Assembly: GCA_963763775.1 (NCBI GenBank) | Contig: CAVXPZ010000004.1 | Coordinates: forward strand, 320,001-384,000 | Direction: 5' to 3' | DNA from: an uncultured Chloroflexia bacterium | GTDB taxonomy: Bacteria > Chloroflexota > Limnocylindria > Limnocylindrales > CSP1-4 | DNA: 64,000 nt | Shown: one piece after another, positions 58,762 through 64,000 of the stretch | Numbering within the stretch: position 1 is the stretch's first letter | How the letters are laid out: each line of letters opens with the position of its first letter | Translations under genes and position numbers: made by a program | The notes under the pieces: model-generated | Told to the model about the DNA's origin: nothing | The model's input: the letters and a program-made list of their open reading frames with translations, nothing else | Database searches by the model: none

Positions 58762-59098
58762 CCGCCTATCGTAGCCCGCGCGCCCGCGAACGCCCATCAA
58801 CGCGGGACCCGTCGCCGACCCGCCCGGACGGTGGTGGCGGGTCACGCCTGCGGCTCCCGCGAGAACCCGTTGACCGGGCGCGCCAACGCCTGTTGCCCGG
58901 GTGCGCCACCACGCGGGTCCCCCGACCCGCCGGTACCACCGGCGCCCACCGCTTGGTACCTCTAGCCAACTGCACCTTTCCGAACCCCGCTGGCACGATG
59001 CCCTCCAGTCCCGGATGCCCGGCCCCCCAGGCCGTCCGCCCTAGACCACTCGACCCAAGCACACCGATCGACCAGCCAACCAGCGAGGACCCCGACGC

Positions 59099-60476
59099 AT
59101 GGCAACGACGGACACGCGACCCGGCTTCCGACTTCCGTGGAGCACCAACGGTGCGGACGCGGAAGGGAACGGCGGCGAGCCAGCCGAGGCCGCTCAGGCG
59201 ACCGACGTCGAAGCGACGGCCGCCCCCGTGGCCGACGCCCCGGCGACCGAGAGTGACGCGCCCGCGTCCGAGGCCCAGGCTGAGGCTCCCGTGGCCGAGC
59301 TCACGCCCGAGCCGGTGCAGCCGGATCCCGAGCCCGAGCCGGTCGTGAGCCCCGAACCGGCGCCGGCGCCCGCCGCCAAGGCGGCGCCGAAGAAGCCGAG
59401 CAAGTTCCTCGCCGACCTCACCCGCGCCATGCAGGCGACGGCCGAGACGTCGCGCAACGAGACCATGGAGCGCTTCTCCGCCGAGGCGAAGACCGCTTCC
59501 GAGCGCGTCCACGCGGTCGCCGCCGACGAGGCCACCGAGCTGCGCCGCGTCGCGGACGACGATGTCGCCGGGATCCGGGACTGGTCGAAGGCCGAGATCG
59601 CCCGCATCCGCGAGGAGACCGAGAACCGCATCTCCGGCCGCAAGGGCGACCTGGAGCACGAGCTCGAGATCCATGCCGGCACCGTCGAGGCTCGCCTCGA
59701 GCGCGTGAACGCCCGTGTCGCCGCCTTCGAGGCCCAGGTCGCCGCGTTCTACGAGCGGCTCTTCGCCGAAGAGGACCCGACGCGCTTCGCGGAGCTCGCC
59801 GAGCAGCTGCCCGAGCCGCCCAGCCTCGATGTGGACGAACTCGATGACGAGATCATGATCGGGATGCCCGCGAAGGCGGTCGCTCCCGTCGAGGAGCCGG
59901 CCGCAGAGGTCGAGGCGGACGTCGCCGAGGCCGAGGCGGAGATCGTCGCCGAGCCCGTCGAGGCCACCGCCGAGGTGAGGCGCTGCGGCGCCCGCCGAGG
60001 CCGTCGCCGAGCCCGCACCGGAGACCGGTGTCGACCCGCGCGTCGCGATGCTCGAGCTCACCCCCGATTTCGAGGCCGCAGAGGCCGAGGCGGCCCTGTC
60101 CGCCGAGACCGACGCCGCCGTCGCCGACGAGATCCCGACGATCGCCGACGAGGTGCTCGCCGCTCGACTGGCCGGCCTCGTGCCGGACGAGAACTCGGGC
60201 TCGAATCCGATCCAGACCACCAAGGTCGTCGTGACCGGCCTCGTCAGCGTGGCCAGCATCGCCGGCTTCAAGCGCCACCTCGGACGCCTCCAGGGCGTGA
60301 CCACGGTCGGCGTGTCCTCCGGGCCGGACGGCGAGTTCGTCTTCTCGGTCCACCACCTGCCGACCATGGACCTCGCCGCGGGGATCCAGGGCCTGCCGGG
60401 CTTCGAGAGCCGGATCACCAGCCAGAGCGATGGCGCCATCGAGGTCGCGGCGCGCGACCCTGAGGCTCACGACTGA
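59099..60476 (+). CDS. Acidic coiled-coil hypothetical protein with small C-terminal alpha/beta domain; apparent +1 insertion near 59978
   Basis: N-terminal GFRLPWS, Ala/Pro/Glu-rich linkers, long heptad-like helix; C-terminal VVVTGLVSVASIAGFKRHL domain in a shifted frame. Confidence 0.75.
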
Positions 60477-60506
60477 CCCCAGCGCGACCAACGAAGAGGA
60501 GATAGC

Positions 60507-61739
60507 GTGGCCCGACCTGCCGTCGTCGTCGCCCTGCCGAAGGGCGAGTCCAGCCCGGTCGTTTCCGAGCTGGCCGACGCCGGGTTCGAAGCCCTCGAGG
60601 TCGGCACCCCCGCCGACCTCGAAGCCGTCCTGTCGTCGCGCACCGACGTCGGCGTCGCCATCCTCGATGGCGAGACCGACTTCGACGAATCCCTCGAGTA
60701 CTACAGCGTCCTCCACGATGGCGGCCGGTCGATCCCGGCGCTCATGGTCGTGTCGCCGCGCTCGTTCGACCGCCTGGTCACCGGGGCCAGGGAGACGGCC
60801 GAGGACGAGTACCTGACCCGCCCCTACTCCGCCGAGTCCATCCGCTGGCGGATCGAGGCGATGTGCATCCGTAGCCAGACCGTCGACGACGGCAGCGGGC
60901 CCGTCCTCCAGAACGGCGCCATCACCCTCGAGGGTTGGAGCCGCCGCGCGACGATCGTGGTCGTCTTCAACCCCAAGGGCGGCGTCGGCAAGACGACCAT
61001 CGCGACGAACCTCGCGTCGGCGCTCCAGATCCGCCGCGGGCGCAATGTCCTCCTCGTCGATGCCGACACCGTGACCGGCCACGTGACGACGTCCCTCGGG
61101 ATCGAGGCCGTGCGGACCGTCGCCGACAGCTGGCGCGACGAAGCCGAAGGCGGCTCGATCGAGACGCTCACCGAGATCGCGGCGGCGCACGCCTCCGGGA
61201 TGCGCGTGGTCTCGCTCACCGACTCGCCGCTCGAGACCGACATCCTGGACCCGGCCCGCGTCGCGGCCGAGATCCAGGCCGCGCGGACCGCCTATGACGT
61301 GATCGTCATCGACCTGCATCCGTCGTACAGCGACCTGAACCAGGCCATCTTCCAGATCGCCGACCGGATCATCGTGCCGGTCACCCCGGACGTGCCCGCG
61401 ATCCGCGCCGCCGTCCAGCTGCGCGACGTCGCGACGAATGACGGCTTCCGCGAGCGTCTCGCGATGGTCGTCAACCGCGCCAACAGCGGCGTGGGCGTCC
61501 AGGACATGGAGCGCACGGTCGGGATGCCGGCCCTCGCGCTGATCCGCTCGGGCGGCCTGCTCTTCGTCCGCGCCGCCAACGAGGGCCGGACGGTCATCGA
61601 GATGTTTCCCAAGGAGCGCATCACGGCCGACTTCGATGCCCTCGCCGACGCCCTCTTCGGCATCACGCCGACGGCGGGCGTGCCCGCGAAGCCGGGGCTG
61701 CGGCTGTTCGCCCGCCAGAAGGAAGCCGTCAGCGCCTGA
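60507..61739 (+). CDS. MinD/CpaE(TadZ)-like ATPase with N-terminal receiver-like domain
   Basis: Deviant Walker A NPKGGVGKTT, LLVDAD, DVIVID, VVNRA, AANEG; GAAGGAG RBS. Confidence 0.85.
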   Translation: MARPAVVVALPKGESSPVVSELADAGFEALEVGTPADLEAVLSSRTDVGVAILDGETDFDESLEYYSVLHDGGRSIPALMVVSPRSFDRLVTGARETAEDEYLTRPYSAESIRWRIEAMCIRSQTVDDGSGPVLQNGAITLEGWSRRATIVVVFNPKGGVGKTTIATNLASALQIRRGRNVLLVDADTVTGHVTTSLGIEAVRTVADSWRDEAEGGSIETLTEIAAAHASGMRVVSLTDSPLETDILDPARVAAEIQAARTAYDVIVIDLHPSYSDLNQAIFQIADRIIVPVTPDVPAIRAAVQLRDVATNDGFRERLAMVVNRANSGVGVQDMERTVGMPALALIRSGGLLFVRAANEGRTVIEMFPKERITADFDALADALFGITPTAGVPAKPGLRLFARQKEAVSA

Positions 61740-61784
61740 CGCGAACGCGCGTCGGACCGCCGGCCGCGCACCGGCACGGTCGAG

Positions 61785-62487
61785 CTAGGACTCCTCGGAC
61801 TCGGGCCCCTTCGACTCGGACCAGCCGACATTCCCGGGGCTTCCCGCGGTCAGGCCCGGGATCGGCTCCGGCTTGTCGCCCGTGGCACGATCCACCTGCT
61901 CGACGCCGCGCAGGTAGAAGCGGTTGATCAGGATGTCGTTGACCCCGTTCGTCTCGATGTCGACGCCGCCGAGCGAGGCCCGCGCATCGACGACCGGCAG
62001 GAACATCTCGCTCGAGCGATCCAGGAGCCTCGCAGGCTCGGACCCCGGGAAGAGGAAGACCGTCCCGATGACGCGGAACGGCGGCGCCTCCAGGGAGAGG
62101 TCGTAGCTGACCTTGTGGATCTTGTGGGCGTTCTTCTCCGCGTCGGTCATCTCGGGGAGGGACCCCTGCCCCGCGATCACGATGATCAGGTCGTACGGGT
62201 CGATGCTCTTGAGGCCCGGCGCATCGCTCAACGCGGACGAGCCGTCGATCGGCCCCCACTGGACGTCGCTGATGGCGATCGGCTCCCGCTTGTTGAGCGC
62301 ATCGGAGAGCCGACCCTCGACGGCCATCCGGCCGACCAGGTGCCATTCCTCGCTGAACCCGTCGAAGGTGTGACCTCGACCGGCTGCGGCGGCCTCCGGC
62401 GCGGGGCCGGCCGCGCCCGACGCGCTCGCCGGGCGCGACGGCATCGGCCGTGTCGTCCTTCTTGCGCTTCAGGAAGTCGAATGGCAC
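61785..62487 (-). CDS. Hypothetical protein (DUF6812-like; homologous to 9128-9640); apparent +1 insertion near 62432
   Basis: GTG 62487 after GGAGG in the acs 3' end gives MPFDFLKRKK. The body RLSDALN...PFRVIG...PGSEP...ILINRFY is in a shifted frame. Confidence 0.72.
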
Positions 62488-62488
62488 G

Positions 62489-64000
62489 TCATTCCTCCGC
62501 GGAGCCCGAATTGGTCCGGATCGTGTCGACGACGTTCGTGTCGGCGAGCGTGGTCGTGTCGCCGAGACTACGACCCTCCGCGATGTCCCGCAGGAGCCGC
62601 CGCATGATCTTGCCGGAGCGCGTCTTGGGCAGGTCCGGGGTGAACATGAGGAACTTGGGCTTCGCGATCGGCCCGATGACCTTTGCGACATGCTCGCGCA
62701 GCTCGGCCGCGAGCTCGGCGTTGGCTTCGACCCCGACCTTCGGGATGACGAACGCGAAGATCGCCTGGCCGGTGATCGGGTCGTTCTTGCCGACGACCGC
62801 GGCCTCGGCGACGGTCGGGTCGTCGACCAGCGCCGACTCCACCTCGATCGTGCTGATGCGGTGGCCGGACACGTTCATGACGTCGTCGACCCGGCCGAGC
62901 AGCCAGAGGTAGCCGTCCGAGTCGCGCTTGGCGCCGTCGCCGGCGAAGTACATCCCCGGGAAGCGGCTCCAGTACGTCTGCTTGTACCGCTCCGGGTCGC
63001 CGTAGATGCCGCGGAGCATCGCCGGCCAGGGTCGCTTCAGGACGAGGTAGCCGCCCCCGCCGAACGGCACGGAGACCCCGTCGCCATCCACGACGTCCGC
63101 GGCGATCCCCGGGAACGGGAACGTCGCCGATCCGGGCTTGGTGGTGGTCACGCCGGGCAGCGGGGTGATCAGGATCATCCCGGTCTCGGTCTGCCACCAC
63201 GTGTCCACGATCGGCGTACGGCTGGCGCCGATGTGCTCGTGGTACCAGAGCCAGGCCTCGGGGTTGATGGGCTCCCCGACCGAGCCCAGGACGCGGAGCG
63301 ATGACAGGTCGTGCGCCTCCGCGTACTGCGGGCCCTGCTTCATGTGGGCGCGGATGGCGGTCGGGGCGCAGTACAGGATCGAGACCTTGTAGTCCTCGAT
63401 GATCTGCCACCACCGGCTCCAGTCCGGCGTGTCGGGCGTGCCTTCGTAGAGCACGCTGGTGGTGGCGTTCGCGAGCGGGCCGTACACGATGTAGCTGTGG
63501 CCCGTGACCCACCCGACATCGGCGGCGCACCAGTAGACGTCGTCGGGCTTGACGTCGAAGACCATCTCGTGGGTGTAGCTCGCGCCGAGGAGGTAGCCCG
63601 CGGTCGTGTGCATGATGCCCTTGGGCTTCGCCGTGGTCCCCGAGGTGTAGAGCAGGTACAGCATGTGCTCCGAATCGAGGGGCTCCGCCGGGCAGTCGTC
63701 GGGCTGGCGGTCGACGATGTCGTGCCACCAGACGTCACGGCCGTCGGTCATCGCGGTGCCGCCCTCGAGCGCCTCGCCGACTCGCCGCACGACGAGCACG
63801 TGGTCGATCGAGGGCGTGGTCTCGAGAGCCTCGTCCACCGCCGGCTTGAGAGCGGCGGCCTTGCCACGCCGCCAGCCGCCGTCCGCGGTGATCACCAGCT
63901 TGGCCTGCGCATCGTTGATCCGGTCCGACAGCGCCTCGGCGCTGAACCCGCCGAACACCACGGTGTGCGGCGCCCCGAGCCGGGCGCAGGCCAGCATCGC
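62489..64000 (-). CDS. acs: Acetyl-CoA synthetase (5' part outside window)
   Basis: [42 protein letters not shown]. Confidence 0.96.
   Translation of the reverse strand, partial: AMLACARLGAPHTVVFGGFSAEALSDRINDAQAKLVITADGGWRRGKAAALKPAVDEALETTPSIDHVLVVRRVGEALEGGTAMTDGRDVWWHDIVDRQPDDCPAEPLDSEHMLYLLYTSGTTAKPKGIMHTTAGYLLGASYTHEMVFDVKPDDVYWCAADVGWVTGHSYIVYGPLANATTSVLYEGTPDTPDWSRWWQIIEDYKVSILYCAPTAIRAHMKQGPQYAEAHDLSSLRVLGSVGEPINPEAWLWYHEHIGASRTPIVDTWWQTETGMILITPLPGVTTTKPGSATFPFPGIAADVVDGDGVSVPFGGGGYLVLKRPWPAMLRGIYGDPERYKQTYWSRFPGMYFAGDGAKRDSDGYLWLLGRVDDVMNVSGHRISTIEVESALVDDPTVAEAAVVGKNDPITGQAIFAFVIPKVGVEANAELAAELREHVAKVIGPIAKPKFLMFTPDLPKTRSGKIMRRLLRDIAEGRSLGDTTTLADTNVVDTIRTNSGSAEE

Noticed and set aside
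58762-59098. Moco riboswitch upstream of moaA
   Set aside because: moaA appears leaderless (TACGAT 6 nt before ATG 58761), and I recognised no Moco motif.
1-64000. tRNA, rRNA, IS elements or prophage
   Set aside because: No cloverleaf/T-loop signatures in intergenic regions, and no transposase, integrase or phage structural ORFs recognised.

Overview
This is a very GC-rich (visually about 70%) bacterial chromosomal segment with about 60 genes. Gene content suggests Chloroflexota, probably Limnocylindria/Ellin6529-like; that placement is an inference. I found no rRNA, tRNA, CRISPR array, integrase or transposase. Housekeeping and accessory genes include a DEAD-box helicase, thyX, punA, moaA, acs, tag, solA, an Opp-type peptide ABC operon, three ABC exporters, two MFS transporters, an aquaporin, vapBC, a DUF2089/DUF4097 operon and a roughly 2030-aa 7xGAF-4xPAS HisKA_3 kinase with response regulators. 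Eight genes are broken by apparent single-base insertions, mostly in G/C runs, which look like sequencing artefacts. The most unusual observations are: (1) a probable GIY-YIG-like domain fused to GreA; (2) a roughly 490-bp non-coding element built from six degenerate 17-bp palindromes (CAGTCACC-N-GGTGACTG) with nested long-range inverted repeats; (3) a DnaA-box cluster on a promoter driving a structured leader or sRNA upstream of punA; (4) a cyclase-STAND, two stand-alone cNMP-binding proteins and a flavoprotein in one divergent module; (5) two paralogous secreted proteins with a clan-CD-like His/Cys signature and a shared upstream motif; (6) a rod-shaped RNA candidate; (7) pervasive leaderless gene starts; (8) small ORFs missing from the ORF track.
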